From positions 2,752,001 through 2,816,000 of the forward strand of contig OZ220744.1 of assembly GCA_965116925.1 (NCBI GenBank): DNA of 64,000 nucleotides, written 5' to 3'. The DNA is from Candidatus Poribacteria bacterium. GTDB lineage: Bacteria; Poribacteria; WGA-4E; PCPOR2b. Within the stretch, counting starts at the first letter, position 1; each line of letters starts with the position of its first letter. The notes under the pieces were generated by a model. It worked only from the letters and a program-made list of their open reading frames with translations, was not told where the DNA came from and searched no databases. The position numbers and the translations under genes were made by a program. Positions 40,962 through 51,856 of the stretch are shown piece by piece.

Positions 40962-41654
40962 ATGGGCGATTTTCTAAACTACATCCTTGTTTGGTATAAT
41001 GTCTGGTTCACAGCACCGATTGCGTGTGTCTTTCTCTTTGCCATCTTCCAACTTGTTATGGGCGGTCTGGATTTTGGGGGCGGAGATACCGATGTAGGTG
41101 CTGATGCCGATGTAGAGGTTGATACCGATGTCGATGCAGACGTTAATGTTAACGGTAGTTCAGACGGAGGTGGCTTTTTCCCCGGCGTATTGGGGATTTT
41201 GAACGTTGGCAAAGTACCTTTTACGATTCTCCTGATGGCACTTTTTGGGACGTGGGGAATTTCGGGCTTGATTGTTAATGAGTTTCTGAATATCAACGTT
41301 CACTCCTCGCGCTCTACGCTCTGGATTTCTTTCGGGGCTGCGCTACTGTGTAGTATATTCGGCACCCGTTATCTCGCACTAGGGCTTTCAAAGCTATTTC
41401 CTGAAAGCGACCGCGCCACTAACGACTCTCACTTAATCGGTTTAAGAGGGCGTGTGATTAGTGGTCGGGTCACAACTACCTTTGGGACAGCCCGTGTCCC
41501 AGTGCCACAGGGACCCGAATTGACCGTCAGTTGTCGTGTCCGTGAGGGCGAGGATATTCCCTTAAAGGGAGACACGGTGGTTCTCATTGATTACGATTTG
41601 CAGGGACGGATTTTTGAAGTGACGAAAGAGGATAGTTCACTGATTTCGTTGTAA
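40962..41654 (+). CDS. YqiJ/NfeD-like membrane protein with a C-terminal OB fold
   Basis: TM helix, DADVD repeats, LNVGKVPF and LIGLRGRV; directly precedes the flotillin. Confidence 0.85.
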   Translation: MGDFLNYILVWYNVWFTAPIACVFLFAIFQLVMGGLDFGGGDTDVGADADVEVDTDVDADVNVNGSSDGGGFFPGVLGILNVGKVPFTILLMALFGTWGISGLIVNEFLNINVHSSRSTLWISFGAALLCSIFGTRYLALGLSKLFPESDRATNDSHLIGLRGRVISGRVTTTFGTARVPVPQGPELTVSCRVREGEDIPLKGDTVVLIDYDLQGRIFEVTKEDSSLISL

Positions 41655-41690
41655 TGGTTCGACGCGTATCCTTACGCGAGGAGGTTGAAA

Positions 41691-43532
41691 ATGGAAGGGC
41701 TTAGTGCGATACCTTTTTTCGGTATTATTGCTGTAATTGCAGCGTTTTTCCTGATTATGTTTTTTACCTACAAGGCGTTGTATAAAAAGGCACCTGCCGA
41801 TGCCGCCCTGGTCATTTCAGGTGGAAAAAACAAGAGCGTTGTTTTTGGCGGTAAAATCGTTAATCCACTGACAAAAGCCACACAACTAGTCTCGTTGAAT
41901 ACCATGCAGCTTTTAGTTCAGCGAACCGGACCGGATGCGTTAATTACAAAGGACAGTCTGCGTGTCGATATTGAAGCCCAATTCTATGTGAAGATTGAAC
42001 CCAATGAACAAGATGTTCTCAATGCGGTTGCGAGCCTTGGGGATAAAACCTTGGAGCCAAACAATGTGAAAGCGCTGCTCGAAGGAAAACTCGTCGGGAT
42101 ACTACGAAGTGTGGCAGCAACGATGGAGCTTCAAGAGCTTCATGAAAAGCGTCAAGATTTTTCAGATCAGGTTCGGGAAAGCTGCAAGGATGACCTTGAA
42201 CAGAACGGTTTTCAACTCGAAAGTGTTGCGGTGACGAATCTTGATCAGACCCCGCTTGACCAACTCGATGAGAACAACCGTTTTGATGTGGTCGCTATTC
42301 AGACTATCAATCAGGAGGTCCAAGAGCGGCAAACGCGGACAGAACGAATTAAGCATGAGAACAGAGTTAAGCAAGAAGAGGATAAACTGAAAGCGGACCT
42401 GGCGATCAAGCAGCAGGAGGAAGCAACGGAGACCGAGAGCCTAGAGGTCGAGAAGCGGCTGGCATTTGCTCAAGAGATGCAACGCAAAGAGGTTGCGACG
42501 AATAAAGTTGAACAAGAACGTGTCGTCAAAGAGGCGGAACTTCAGCAACAACAAGCCCTTGAGGAGGCACGCATCCGTCAGGAAGAAGCGGTCCAAGCTT
42601 CGCAGATTCAGCAGAAACAGCGGATTGAAACTGCTCGAATTGATCAGGAGCGGCAGGTCCAGGAAGCGGAGATTGAGCAGGGACGCACCGTCGAAGAAGC
42701 GCGCGTCCGTCAACAACAGGCGATCGAGGAAGCCAATGTAGCCAGACGAATCGTGCTTGTTGAGAGGAATCGCGAAGAAAAAGAGGCCCAAGCCGCAAGC
42801 GAAATTCAGGTTGCGGTGAAGGAGAAGGAACGCGAAATTGCCTCTACAGATCGATTGGCTGCAACCGCAGAACGAACCAGATCTGAAGCCCAAGTCTTGA
42901 CGGTGGAAGCGATTGAGGAGGCTGAACGTAATAGCCGAATTGCGTTAATCAAAGCCGAACAGGAAGCGGATGAAGAGCGCATTTCAAAGGAACGACTGGC
43001 GAATGCCGAAGCCTACGCGGTCATCGAAGCCGCTAAAGCGGAGCGAGAAGCCGCTGTTCTCAGAGCAGAAGCACAGAAGACCCTCGCTGAGGCACTTCTG
43101 GTGGAGGCAAAAGCGAAGGCGGAAGGGGAAGAGGCACTTATTGAAGCAAAGAACTCAGCGGATCAGCGAATTCTAAATAACGAGGCGCTGTTGAAACTGA
43201 TCCAATCCCTGCCCGAAGTCACAGGTGAATTGATGAAACCCGCGGAACAGATTGAGAGCATTCGCATCCTTGATCTTGGCGGCAACGGTTCCGGCAACGG
43301 TGCATCGGGCGGGAACGTTGGTAAGATTTTCGGATCCATTTTGCAGGCTGGTGCAGCGTTGCCAATGCTGAAGGAGGTCCTGAATTTTGGAGGTATTGAC
43401 ACTCAAGATCTCGCTAAGACCGTGAGCCAATACGTTCCCGGCTTGGATCTGACTGCCAAAACGGAAGCACCGGAGTCAACTGACCAAGATTCAACAAGCA
43501 CTGGCGGAGAAGACAAGCCTGAATCGGTATAA
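41691..43532 (+). CDS. Flotillin/SPFH protein, YqiK-like
   Basis: LITKDSLRVD, LESVAVTNLDQT, long EA-rich coiled coil and KPAEQIESIRI. Confidence 0.92.
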   Translation: MEGLSAIPFFGIIAVIAAFFLIMFFTYKALYKKAPADAALVISGGKNKSVVFGGKIVNPLTKATQLVSLNTMQLLVQRTGPDALITKDSLRVDIEAQFYVKIEPNEQDVLNAVASLGDKTLEPNNVKALLEGKLVGILRSVAATMELQELHEKRQDFSDQVRESCKDDLEQNGFQLESVAVTNLDQTPLDQLDENNRFDVVAIQTINQEVQERQTRTERIKHENRVKQEEDKLKADLAIKQQEEATETESLEVEKRLAFAQEMQRKEVATNKVEQERVVKEAELQQQQALEEARIRQEEAVQASQIQQKQRIETARIDQERQVQEAEIEQGRTVEEARVRQQQAIEEANVARRIVLVERNREEKEAQAASEIQVAVKEKEREIASTDRLAATAERTRSEAQVLTVEAIEEAERNSRIALIKAEQEADEERISKERLANAEAYAVIEAAKAEREAAVLRAEAQKTLAEALLVEAKAKAEGEEALIEAKNSADQRILNNEALLKLIQSLPEVTGELMKPAEQIESIRILDLGGNGSGNGASGGNVGKIFGSILQAGAALPMLKEVLNFGGIDTQDLAKTVSQYVPGLDLTAKTEAPESTDQDSTSTGGEDKPESV

Positions 43533-43564
43533 CAGGCAATCAAAGGTTGTCGATGACAAGTAAG

Positions 43565-43582
43565 TGGCAACATTCTTGTAAC
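43565..43582 (+). promoter_or_regulatory. Sigma54-like motif upstream of DUF151-pspA copy 2
   Basis: TGGCAACATTCTTGTAAC. Confidence 0.5.
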
Positions 43583-43641
43583 ATCCCTTGCACCATCGAC
43601 GACTCCAATTGAATTTCAAATTAGAAACCAAGGAGTCTCAG

Positions 43642-44175
43642 ATGAAAGAACAAGCCGATGAACACCTCCAAATGAACGGAAAGAATATGATCGCAGTGGA
43701 AGTGGCGTTCATTTCTATTGATGCGAGTAGTGGTGCACCCATCCTCTTTTTGAGGGAGACAGAAGGCGATCCAAAATTGGTGCTACCGATATGGATTGGA
43801 CAGGGAGAAGCACTCTCGATTCAATTCCAGCTCAAGGGTGAAGAGCCGCTACGTCCGATGACGCATGATCTGATGAAAAACATCATCGAAAACCTTGATG
43901 CGACAGTTGATGCGGTCTACGTACATACCATGAAGGACTCGACCTATTTCGGGCAGATCAATGTGGTAGTCAACGGCAAAACCTTGGAGATTGATGCGCG
44001 TCCAAGCGATTCGATCGCGCTCGCCTTGAGATTAAGGGCACCTATCTATGTGGCAGAATCGATTGTTCAAGAGATTGGCTTTCCTGAGACGGAGTTGAGA
44101 GAGGCAGAGCGGCAGCAGTCTCAAGACGAGTTAGAACATTTAGATGAAGAAACACTGGGCAGATATACAGTATAA
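43642..44175 (+). CDS. Bifunctional nuclease family protein (DUF151)
   Basis: LPIWIG..EA, RPMTHDL and IDARPSDSIALA; AAGGAG RBS. Confidence 0.93.
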   Translation: MKEQADEHLQMNGKNMIAVEVAFISIDASSGAPILFLRETEGDPKLVLPIWIGQGEALSIQFQLKGEEPLRPMTHDLMKNIIENLDATVDAVYVHTMKDSTYFGQINVVVNGKTLEIDARPSDSIALALRLRAPIYVAESIVQEIGFPETELREAERQQSQDELEHLDEETLGRYTV

Positions 44176-44205
44176 CCGTTGAGATGGCTAAGGGAGTGAC
44201 CACCA

Positions 44206-44865
44206 ATGCCAATCTTTGAGAAAATCAGGCGGATATTCAATTCAAACATAAATGACCTGCTAGATCGGGTTGAAGATCCGGAAAAGATCTTGAATCAACT
44301 CTTGGAGGATATGCAGCATGAACTCAAAGAGGTAAAAATTCAAGTTGCTGCGGCAATTCGGGATGCCAACAAGTTTGAAGCGCAGTATAAGGAGAACTCA
44401 GAGAGCGCTGAGAAGTGGGAGAAACGCGCCATTGTGTTTATTCAGAACGGCGATGATGCCCGCGCGAAAGAAGCCCTGCGCCGCAAGCGGTCTGCCGACG
44501 AATTGGCAGCGGGTTTTCGTGAACAATTTGAGGCGCAACAAGAGAGCGTTTCCGTACTTAAAGATGGGTTGACAACCTTAGAACAAAAAATTGAAGAGGC
44601 AAAGAGCAAACGTGCCTTGCTGATTGCTCGCCAAAGACGGGCAGAGGCGGAACGGACAATCCATCAAACCGTGTCGGGTATTTCGGATTCCAGTGCGTTG
44701 AACGCTTTTGATCGGATGCAGGACCGGGTGCTTGATGCGGAAGCGGAGGCTGAAGCATTTAGCGAAATGCGTCAACCTAGTTTGGAGGATGAGTTTGATA
44801 AGCTCGACAAGAAAGACGAAATTGATGATGAGCTCGCCAAACTCAAAGCCCGCTTAAAAGAATGA
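44206..44865 (+). CDS. PspA/IM30-family protein, copy 2
   Basis: SNINDLLDRVEDPEK, AFDRMQDRV and IDDELAKLKA. Confidence 0.93.
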   Translation: MPIFEKIRRIFNSNINDLLDRVEDPEKILNQLLEDMQHELKEVKIQVAAAIRDANKFEAQYKENSESAEKWEKRAIVFIQNGDDARAKEALRRKRSADELAAGFREQFEAQQESVSVLKDGLTTLEQKIEEAKSKRALLIARQRRAEAERTIHQTVSGISDSSALNAFDRMQDRVLDAEAEAEAFSEMRQPSLEDEFDKLDKKDEIDDELAKLKARLKE

Positions 44866-44887
44866 AAATAAGAAGGAGCTGCATCAA

Positions 44888-45061
44888 ATGGGATTACTAA
44901 AAAACATCGTCATCCTTGCGTTGATATTCCTGCTGATTTTAATCGCATTGAAGCTTGTTTTACCTGTTATCGCATGGGCGTTTGAGTTGGCTTTCACCCT
45001 CATCTTGCTCGGCGCGATCGGTTTTGCAATCGTGTATCTCTACCGAAAACTGCGTACCTAA
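44888..45061 (+). CDS. Small 2-TM membrane protein (57 aa), absent from the ORF track
   Basis: MGLLKNIVILALIFLLILIALKLVLPVIAWAFELAFTLILLGAIGFAIVYLYRKLRT*; AAGGAG RBS. Confidence 0.7.
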   Translation: MGLLKNIVILALIFLLILIALKLVLPVIAWAFELAFTLILLGAIGFAIVYLYRKLRT

Positions 45062-45120
45062 CGCGCACAATATACACCTAGTATACTGTCAGGCAAATTA
45101 TGATTGTCTATATGGATTGA

Positions 45121-45233
45121 GACTCATAATGCTTCGTAGGGGTCGGGTCACCCGACCCCCGCACTGGCAAATAAGGGCGGGGAGACCCCGCCCCTACAAT
45201 TTATTTTCGTGCTTTGCACTTTCTACATGAGCC
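45121..45233. mobile_element. MITE/REP element of the same family as 3682-3814
   Basis: Ends GACTCAT...ACATGAGCC; same GTAGGGG...CCCCTAC core; GATTGA on both flanks. Confidence 0.65.
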
Positions 45234-45316
45234 CTGATTGAAAGCAAACGATAACATATATAATAATTCCAAAACTTATATGACTGAGTACTAGACCATA
45301 TCCTCAATTGAGATAG

Positions 45317-45357
45317 AAAAAGCCGGGAAGGGGTATAACTCCTCACCCGGCTTTTTG
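45317..45357. terminator. Intrinsic terminator after the psp locus, possibly bidirectional
   Basis: AAAAGCCGGG...CCCGGCTTTT. Confidence 0.65.
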
Positions 45358-45413
45358 TGTTTAGGCTGCTTGTTGTCTGAATCAGGATTTGCAGGATTCA
45401 AAGATTAGCAGGG

Positions 45414-45529
45414 TAGGACTTACGCAGTTGAACGCTCCACGCCTTGTAGTTCGGCGATTTATCGCCGGCGGCAACTGTTCCCAACGCTCGATAAATCGGG
45501 CAACTACAATCTGAAGTGCGTAACTCCTA
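45414..45529. repeat. MITE-like element with AGGA(C/G)TTACGCA inverted ends (related copy at 50238-50339)
   Basis: TAGGACTTACGCA...TGCGTAACTCCTA with an internal REP-like hairpin. Confidence 0.6.
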
Positions 45530-45752
45530 CAGGATATAGATTCATTGGTTCATTTTCCAGATAGTCTCTTCTTGTAGGTCGGGATTTATATATTGACGAC
45601 ACCAAAACTAACGGTGGTGCAAAATTATTACGCTTGACATCGTTGAAAATAAACTGTTATCATAAGCCCGATTTTAGAAATGAGAGATCGGATTTCTATT
45701 ACACGTCAAGTGAATTAAAATTCCGCAATTGAAAAATTGAACGAGGTGGACT

Positions 45753-47606
45753 TTGAAAAGAAGCTGTTTTGTATTGATAATTAGTCTCCTCTGCTTGATT
45801 GTCCTTCAAACGAGTGCAGAGGTTAAATGGGATTCATCGAAATTTATGCCGTTGGCAGAGATCGCGCCCGGCATGAAAGGGGAAGGATATACCGTCTTTT
45901 CCGGCACAACTGTTGAGAAGTTCAGCTTTGAGGTTATCAGCATTGAGTACAACTTCTATCCCAACTGGCATGTGGTATGGGTCAAAGGCAGCGGCGAGAA
46001 CTTTGAAAAGACGGGTGTCGCCGGTGGCATGAGCGGAAGCCCGATGTACATTAACGGACGGCTCATTGGTGCGATTTCTCTCGGTTACCTTTACCAACGT
46101 GAACACGCAAACCTCATGGGAGTAACACCGATTGAGTTAATGGTTGAGGTAACGCAGCGCGGCATGCAGCCGAATTTAAGCTATCAAGGTGGGACGCGCT
46201 TTAACTTAGGGGCAGACACGGTATTAAACGGCACTGGCATGTTGCCTCTAACTCCCGATGAAAGACGTATCCCCGAAGCGCGGCTGGAGATGTCACCGAC
46301 ACCGGATCAGTTCGATAAGTCACCGCGTCTTGACATGCCTGTTGCATTCTCGGGATTGCCGACGGGGGCGATTGAATATTTCAAGCCGTTTTTTGACGCA
46401 TATCATCTCAGTCCGATACAAGGTGTGGGTGGAGGTTCACCGGTTAAAAGTGCACCGATTGAGCCGGGTCAGATTGTGGGTATTGAATTTGTCCGTGGGG
46501 CTTTCCCCATCTTCGGATACGGCACTATAACCTATGTTGAAGGCGATCAGCTTTTAGGCTTTGGTCATTCAATGTTCGGCGAGGGGAATGTCAACCTGCC
46601 GATCTCCGGCGGTTATGTTCACTTTATTTTGCCAAGTACGGTCAGATCATCGAAAATAGCTTCTCCGACACAACCGATTGGCACACTCGTCCAAGACCGT
46701 CAGGCAGCGATTGCTGGCTTGATTGGTTCCCATCCGAGTTTCATTCCCGTTAATGCCAACATCCAGACAATGGATGGGAAGGTCCATTCAACCCCCTATG
46801 AGGTAATCCGCCATCGAGATTTCTCGACGTTATACACCCTCATCCCGCTTTGGTACATTATTGATGGCATCGAAATCTACAGCGGTGACCACTCGGTCAA
46901 CGTTAACGCGAAAATTGTGCTGAAAGATCAGCCAAATCTGACATCGCGCGAAATTGTGCGGAGAAATGTATATTCCTCTAGCGGCTCACCGGGCTTTCAG
47001 GCGACCCGGGCCCTTACGCCGCTGTTTAGCTTAATTGGGAATCAATACGAAAAGATTGAGGTGGAACGTATAGACCTTGATGTCAAAATGGAGGACAAGC
47101 GCAAAACAGCGGTCATCGAAGCGGTGCGGATCGACAAGGATCGCTATCGCCCCGGCGAGAAAATTGCAGTGACTATGCGCCTGCGTCCATATCTCGAAGA
47201 GCCGATCATCCAGACCGGTACGATTACGATTCCGGAAGATGCTCCTGAAGGCATAACGACCCTACTCGCTATCAGTCCGAACTTATATGAAGGTTGGCAG
47301 CGGGCAAGGGCACCCTTAAACTATCAACCGACAAACATCAACCAATTGATTAAACTGTTGCAGCGGGAGGAAAACAACAGTGACATCATCTTGGAGCTGT
47401 TTGTGCCCAAGGTTGGTATGACCGTTCAGGGAGAAGAGTTTCCTGAGCTGCCGGTGTCGATGCTATCTGTGATGAGCACACCCACGCAATCTGGCGAAGG
47501 GGGCCCCACTCGCGGCACGACGTTGCATTTTGAAAAGGTGACCACGCCCTATGTGGTCTCTGGCAGTCGATTTTTGCGGTTTACGATTGACCGCAATGCA
47601 CCGTAG
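45753..47606 (+). CDS. SpoIVB peptidase S55-domain secreted protein
   Basis: PGMKGEGYTVF.G, GMSGSP.YINGRLIGA and GFGH; upstream TTGACA-N18-TATCAT at 45634-45663. Confidence 0.9.
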   Translation: MKRSCFVLIISLLCLIVLQTSAEVKWDSSKFMPLAEIAPGMKGEGYTVFSGTTVEKFSFEVISIEYNFYPNWHVVWVKGSGENFEKTGVAGGMSGSPMYINGRLIGAISLGYLYQREHANLMGVTPIELMVEVTQRGMQPNLSYQGGTRFNLGADTVLNGTGMLPLTPDERRIPEARLEMSPTPDQFDKSPRLDMPVAFSGLPTGAIEYFKPFFDAYHLSPIQGVGGGSPVKSAPIEPGQIVGIEFVRGAFPIFGYGTITYVEGDQLLGFGHSMFGEGNVNLPISGGYVHFILPSTVRSSKIASPTQPIGTLVQDRQAAIAGLIGSHPSFIPVNANIQTMDGKVHSTPYEVIRHRDFSTLYTLIPLWYIIDGIEIYSGDHSVNVNAKIVLKDQPNLTSREIVRRNVYSSSGSPGFQATRALTPLFSLIGNQYEKIEVERIDLDVKMEDKRKTAVIEAVRIDKDRYRPGEKIAVTMRLRPYLEEPIIQTGTITIPEDAPEGITTLLAISPNLYEGWQRARAPLNYQPTNINQLIKLLQREENNSDIILELFVPKVGMTVQGEEFPELPVSMLSVMSTPTQSGEGGPTRGTTLHFEKVTTPYVVSGSRFLRFTIDRNAP

Positions 47607-47734
47607 GCTGTTCGAGATTGACAGGTTATGCGTGAAATAAACTAATGAACCAAAGTAGTAGGCATACTCCGTATGCCGTAACCACCAATGAACCAATGAA
47701 CTAATGAACCAACCTAACGGAGGATTTCTCTTTC

Positions 47735-49837
47735 ATGATGTTTTACCGTGCTTTTTATATTTTTAGTGTCGCTGTCGTTTTCTTTTCGATCCATCTTCTA
47801 CCAGTGTTCGGGGTGACGACCCAAATCTGGGAACAACAGCACCAAAAGGATTTTGAATCTGGCAAACCCAAAAACGTTTCGATATCGAGTAAGGGCGAGC
47901 TTATGTTGGCTCCTAAATTGGACGCTTTTTTCGAGGATACCGAGGAGATATACGTCTGGTGCCTCGCTGAGGATTCCAAAGGAAACATCTATGCGGGCAC
48001 AGGAAATGGGGGCAAGATTTACCGGATCACTCCCGATGGTGAGTCATCACTCTTTTACGATTCGCCAGAGGTTTCAATCTTGACGTTGGCTATTGATTCC
48101 AATGACAACATCTATGCCGGTACAGCTCCCGACGGGTTAATTTACAAGCTCACGGACAGCAGTACCCCGCCAACAACGATACTCAGCTCGGAGGAGAAAT
48201 ACGTTTGGGCGATGGCCTTTGATGATGCTGGCAACCTATACGCAGCGACCGGAACTAGTGGGAAAATTTACAAGATTACGCCCGATGGACAGACCAGCGT
48301 CCTCTATGATTCCGATGAACGCAATATTTTATGTCTGCTCTATCATGATGGAAAGCTATATGCCGGGAGCGACGGCAAAGGTACTATCTATAGCGTCAAA
48401 ACAGAGAATGGTGCGGCAACTGTAATCTACCAAACGGGACAGAAAGAGGTACGCAGGCTTGTTATGGGGGCGCAAGGAGTAATCTACGCCGGCACTATCA
48501 CGACAGCGGCACCGCAGCCCGGTGGCCCGCCGCCCGGTCCGCCCACGCCTTCACCGCCCGGCAGTCGTAACGGTGAAGAAAAGAAGTCAAGGGTCTATAA
48601 GATTGAGCCGGATGGCATCGTGTCGGTCATGTGGGAGGTGCCCGAGCCCCTGATTCTGGCGATGGTAGCTGATTCGGAGGACGGACTGTATGTTGGTACG
48701 GGGGATAGTGGAAAACTTTATTGGGTCAACACAGACGGCGATTCTGTCTTTAAAGGCAAATGTAGTGCGAGCCAAATCGTGGCAATGCACCGCACTGCCA
48801 ATTTGAATCGGCTCCTGCTTGCCACAGGAAACAGTGGGAAGATTTTTGAGTTGAAATCCGATCACCTCGCTGAAGGAACGCTTGAATCCAAGACACAGGA
48901 TACAAAGGTCGTTTCGCGATGGGGTAAGTTATCGTGGGAGGGTGTCACACCCGAAGGAACAGCTATCTCTTTTGCCACTCGGACTGGTAACACAGAGAAA
49001 CCGAATAGCACTTGGAATGATTGGTCAGAAGAACTAACAGACCCCGAAGCGTCACAAATTACCAGTCCCGCCGCACGCTACATTCAGTGGCGTGCTAAAC
49101 TCACAACGAGTGAGCTATCCGCGACACCTGTCCTCAAAAAAGTGACCGTCGCTTCTGTTCAAGCCAATACCGAGCCACGGTTTACCTCGATTGCAGTCCG
49201 GCGAGGCGGTGCCCCGGAAAGTTCTGGTCCGCCCGAAGGCGTTCGTAGACCACGGGAAAGTCGGGCCCCTTCCAACCCCAGTTCGGAAGGCGACAGTACA
49301 AAATACACTGCCTCGTGGAAGGTGAAGGACGACAATAATGATACATTGCAGTTCGATGTCTATTATAAGGGAATTGATGAAACAAACTGGAAACTCCTCA
49401 AGGACGAGTTGAAGCAAACCAGCTACGCTTTGGATACTACCTTAATGTCGGACGGGCGTTATGTCATCAAAGTCAGCGCGACAGACAAACTCAGTAACCC
49501 GCCCAACTTTGCGAAATCTACCGAGAAAGTTAGCGACCCCTTCGATATTGATAACAGCCAACCGATGGTCACCGATATAACTGCGACCGCGAATGAAGAT
49601 CAAACCTATCAGATCTCCTGTACGGCGGCGGATTCGTTCAGTTACATCCAGAAGGCGGTTTACAAAATCGACAGCGATGAACATTGGCAGGTCATCTTTC
49701 CTGATGACGGCATCTTCGACTCCAAGCGCGAAACTTTATTACTTCACACCAACTCCCTACCCGCCGGTGAACACACCATCACCATTCGCGTTACCGATGC
49801 GGCGGGAAACATAGGTGTAGGACGTGCAACGTTTTAG
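47735..49837 (+). CDS. Secreted beta-propeller protein with C-terminal Ig/FN3-like domains
   Basis: Repeated DxxGNIYAGT..GKIY blades; TRTGNT..P...W.DWS; ARYIQWRA; DAAGN. Confidence 0.8.
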   Translation: MMFYRAFYIFSVAVVFFSIHLLPVFGVTTQIWEQQHQKDFESGKPKNVSISSKGELMLAPKLDAFFEDTEEIYVWCLAEDSKGNIYAGTGNGGKIYRITPDGESSLFYDSPEVSILTLAIDSNDNIYAGTAPDGLIYKLTDSSTPPTTILSSEEKYVWAMAFDDAGNLYAATGTSGKIYKITPDGQTSVLYDSDERNILCLLYHDGKLYAGSDGKGTIYSVKTENGAATVIYQTGQKEVRRLVMGAQGVIYAGTITTAAPQPGGPPPGPPTPSPPGSRNGEEKKSRVYKIEPDGIVSVMWEVPEPLILAMVADSEDGLYVGTGDSGKLYWVNTDGDSVFKGKCSASQIVAMHRTANLNRLLLATGNSGKIFELKSDHLAEGTLESKTQDTKVVSRWGKLSWEGVTPEGTAISFATRTGNTEKPNSTWNDWSEELTDPEASQITSPAARYIQWRAKLTTSELSATPVLKKVTVASVQANTEPRFTSIAVRRGGAPESSGPPEGVRRPRESRAPSNPSSEGDSTKYTASWKVKDDNNDTLQFDVYYKGIDETNWKLLKDELKQTSYALDTTLMSDGRYVIKVSATDKLSNPPNFAKSTEKVSDPFDIDNSQPMVTDITATANEDQTYQISCTAADSFSYIQKAVYKIDSDEHWQVIFPDDGIFDSKRETLLLHTNSLPAGEHTITIRVTDAAGNIGVGRATF

Positions 49838-50421
49838 TTCATTGGTTACGGCACACGGAGTGTGCCTACTACTTTGGTTCATTGAACTGATGAACGCTAT
49901 GCCTATCATCCCGTTGGGCTGTTGGGCGGTAACTTGCATAATCTTAGTGCAAGCCGTCACCATAATTAGGCAAAGGGTTCCGTAGGGAACGCAGATCTGC
50001 GTTCCCTACACAAGTTGCCACTTTAATCAGCCAAACATTAGAGATTGGAAACGACATGAATTTCATAGTATGTCCGAGTCGCCTTCCCGTATAAACTGCC
50101 CAGAAACCAGTCATAGCATGGGTTCTCCACTTTTTTATCTTTAGGACATTTTTTTCAAAAACTATGAAAACTATGAAAATTCTGAGGATTTTTTAACGGT
50201 GTTTTTTAACTAGAAACTTGCGTTATGAAATAGAAAAAGGAGTTACGCAGTTGGTTCATAAGTCCCCCTGATAAGGGGGATTTAGCGGGGTAAAAATAAA
50301 AGAAATTTCACGATGCGTGGTGACTTTGCGTAAGTCCTAGATTCCAATGGGGCTGATAAACGGGGTTGGACACAAACAACGGATAATGAACTTAATTGAG
50401 CCCATGGAGGATACATTCATC

Positions 50422-51828
50422 ATGAAAGGTCAAAATCTAACATTGACTGTGAGTCTAATCCTTTGCGGCATCGTATGCGGACAGGCACCTGCGGCAAGGG
50501 AAGTGTCTGAAGAAGCCATTATATTCCGTAAAACGAGAGATGCAGTTTTTACGATCTACGGAGACCGGGGACATGGGAGTGGTTTCTTGGTCGATAGGGC
50601 TGGGCTTATTCTTACCAATTCCCATGTGATTGCCGCTTCGAGCCGCATTTCAGTGCAGTTAAATCACCACACCCGCGTCCCGGCAACACTTCTCGCTGAA
50701 GACAGACAAAAAGATATCGCCGTTCTACGGGTTGCCCCAGAAGTCGTAAAGGAACTACCAATCCTTAAAATCGCCGACAGACCGGCTGCCGATCTTGCAT
50801 TCGAGGGCGAAAGAGTTATCGCCATAGGCAGTCCTCTAAACCAAACCCGTATTCTCACCTCTGGAATCGTCAGTAAAGTTGAGGAACGCGCCATTATTTC
50901 AGACGTGAACATTAACCCCGGTAATTCAGGGGGGCCCTTAATCAATATGGATTCCGAAGTTATTGCGATCAACACATTTGGTGATTTTGAATTCGGAATA
51001 GGTCCCGGAGTCTCAGGAAGCATTTTAATATCCCTTGCCCTGCCTCTCCTTAGCCAAGCCCGTGGCAGACTCCATGAAGAACCGTCCCCTTTCACTCTGC
51101 TGCCCGTTGTTCCTGAAGATCCTTTTCCGATAGAAGGCTTGAAATGGGCAGCTGAACGATGTGGGAAAGCTTCCAACTATAAGCTAAAAGCACCCGGTTT
51201 CGATATACAGATCGTAACTCCATCGCGTCGGTATTTTCTTACAAAGATTTCAACGGGACCTCTTACCGAGAAACGACGGCGCAGGGAAGCTGCTGCGGGG
51301 GTCCCTCAATCGGAGATGTATGATCCGTTAGGAGACTTCCTAAAAGAGTGGGCAGAGTATGTGGGAAAGTATAGTCCACTCGTGCAGATCCATGTTGTGC
51401 CAGCTATGGGTGAAACTACTGGTAGCGTACTCTTGAATGTACTTGGAGCGGCAGCAGCAGGTTACTCCGGCACCTACTACCGGGGTTCATCCACTTACGA
51501 ATTCAAATCAGATTTGCAGGACCTTGAACTAGTGGATGGAGGTCGGGTTGTCCCGGAGGTGCTCCGGGGAATGCGGATGATGCCCGTTTCTTTTTCTGGA
51601 AGATCCGTACAGATGAAAGACATTGCCCAAAGAGGCGTATTCGTGTATCTGCCAGAGGTATTCAAATCTCCTAATCTGCAACTCAGGATTCGTGATCTAA
51701 AAAAGCCGGGACAGATTATCAATGTTCCCATTTCACAGGCGTGTCGGGAGCAAATATTGGCGGATTTTGAGCCGTACATGGACATGCAAAATGCTGCGGA
51801 CGCAAGACTACGATTTATGATAAAGTAG
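50422..51828 (+). CDS. Trypsin-like (S1C) serine protease without an obvious PDZ domain
   Basis: GSGF, TNSHVI, DIAVL and NPGNSGGPL; ATG after GGAGG. Confidence 0.9.
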   Translation: MKGQNLTLTVSLILCGIVCGQAPAAREVSEEAIIFRKTRDAVFTIYGDRGHGSGFLVDRAGLILTNSHVIAASSRISVQLNHHTRVPATLLAEDRQKDIAVLRVAPEVVKELPILKIADRPAADLAFEGERVIAIGSPLNQTRILTSGIVSKVEERAIISDVNINPGNSGGPLINMDSEVIAINTFGDFEFGIGPGVSGSILISLALPLLSQARGRLHEEPSPFTLLPVVPEDPFPIEGLKWAAERCGKASNYKLKAPGFDIQIVTPSRRYFLTKISTGPLTEKRRRREAAAGVPQSEMYDPLGDFLKEWAEYVGKYSPLVQIHVVPAMGETTGSVLLNVLGAAAAGYSGTYYRGSSTYEFKSDLQDLELVDGGRVVPEVLRGMRMMPVSFSGRSVQMKDIAQRGVFVYLPEVFKSPNLQLRIRDLKKPGQIINVPISQACREQILADFEPYMDMQNAADARLRFMIK

Positions 51829-51856
51829 TAACCCAGATCGTCAAGGGAAATCTCAA

